64,000 nucleotides of DNA from an uncultured virus (IMG/VR IMGVR_UViG_3300010233_002389) (Duplodnaviria > Heunggongvirae > Uroviricota > Caudoviricetes). Every line of letters starts with the position of its first letter. Position 1 is the first letter of the stretch. Position numbers and translations under genes: made by a program. Of this stretch, positions 63,468-64,000 are shown one piece after another. The notes below the pieces were generated by a model. That model saw only the letters and a program-made list of their open reading frames with translations. It made no database searches and was not told the DNA's origin. Location: the IMG/VR virus record IMGVR_UViG_3300010233_002389; one strand, given 5' to 3'.

Positions 63468-63776
63468 ATGGTACAAGAAATTAATGAAGCAAATTGGGAC
63501 GCAGAAGTACTAAAGTCGGAAACACAAGTATTAGTTGACTTTACCGCTACTTGGTGTGGTCCTTGCAAAAGGCTATCTCCCATTGTCGAAGACTTATCAA
63601 AGGACCTCGAAGGTAAAACTAAAGTAGTTAAAGTTGATATAGATAATTCACCTGAACTAGCCAAAAAATATGGCGTTCGTGGCGTTCCTACATTAATGGT
63701 TTTTGATGGCGGCGAAAAAACTGCTAGCATTGTTGGTTTAACCAGCCGCGAGAATATAATTAAATTATTAGCATGA
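63468..63776 (+). CDS. trxA: thioredoxin
   Basis: VDFTATWCGPCK, GVPTL; GAGGA RBS. Confidence 0.95.
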   Translation: MVQEINEANWDAEVLKSETQVLVDFTATWCGPCKRLSPIVEDLSKDLEGKTKVVKVDIDNSPELAKKYGVRGVPTLMVFDGGEKTASIVGLTSRENIIKLLA

Positions 63777-64000
63777 AATATTTAATACTTATAATTCTAT
63801 TACTTGCATCATGTGATCGTCTTGATCTGGACAAGACAACTGCAATTCAAGATAAAGAATTTAAAGAAAAAAAATTAGAAATGTGGAATGGTCCATGTGC
63901 TGACGAAGCAACTTTACTTATAACATCCTCTGGATACTCAGTCTATCATATATGTTCTAATAAATTACATAAAAATGCGAGTACAAGTTGCAACACACCC
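63773..64000 (+). CDS. probable lipoprotein, truncated at window end
   Basis: MKYLILIILLLASC lipobox; open to the end of the window. Confidence 0.55.
   Translation, partial: MKYLILIILLLASCDRLDLDKTTAIQDKEFKEKKLEMWNGPCADEATLLITSSGYSVYHICSNKLHKNASTSCNTP

Noticed and set aside
1..64000. Genome-wide TAG recoding (genetic code 15)
   Set aside because: Recognisable genes are full length in the standard code and several end at TAG; internal TAGs were seen only near starts in the 44.5-48.3 kb locus

Overview
AT-rich, densely coding, mostly + strand segment of a large (jumbo/huge) bacteriophage genome. It has no ribosomal or core cellular operons, about 22 tRNA or tRNA-like genes, many free-standing homing-type endonucleases, and host-like accessory genes (rmlA, rmlD, RmlC-like cupin, iscU, iscA, short EF-Ts, Pth2, PNKP, KptA/Tpt1, thioredoxin, M50 and M14 peptidases). 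The lipoprotein styles and the IscU/IscA sequences suggest a myxobacterial host (inference). The main candidate new system is an amber-readthrough-gated locus at about 44.5-48.9 kb. It contains a leader peptide MKMFA(TAG)LYNIIRGPPL with an arrest-like RGPP motif, a Pth2-like gene and an HD-domain gene each with an in-frame TAG at codon 3 or 4, and one clear plus one probable CUA-anticodon tRNA, while the rest of the window reads in the standard code. Other highlights: about 30 small HxW/CxxC proteins sharing a C-terminal C-x-E-x-x-M-x-x-[IV]-L tag, a tRNA with a tRNA-like 49-nt insert in its anticodon loop, a G3:U70 Ala-like RNA directly followed by an AlaRS-fragment gene, and a LAGLIDADG gene that duplicated the 5' end of rmlA. 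All calls come from motif recognition by eye; no database searches were run. N gaps lie at 5633-5642, 28255-28264 and 30081-30150.
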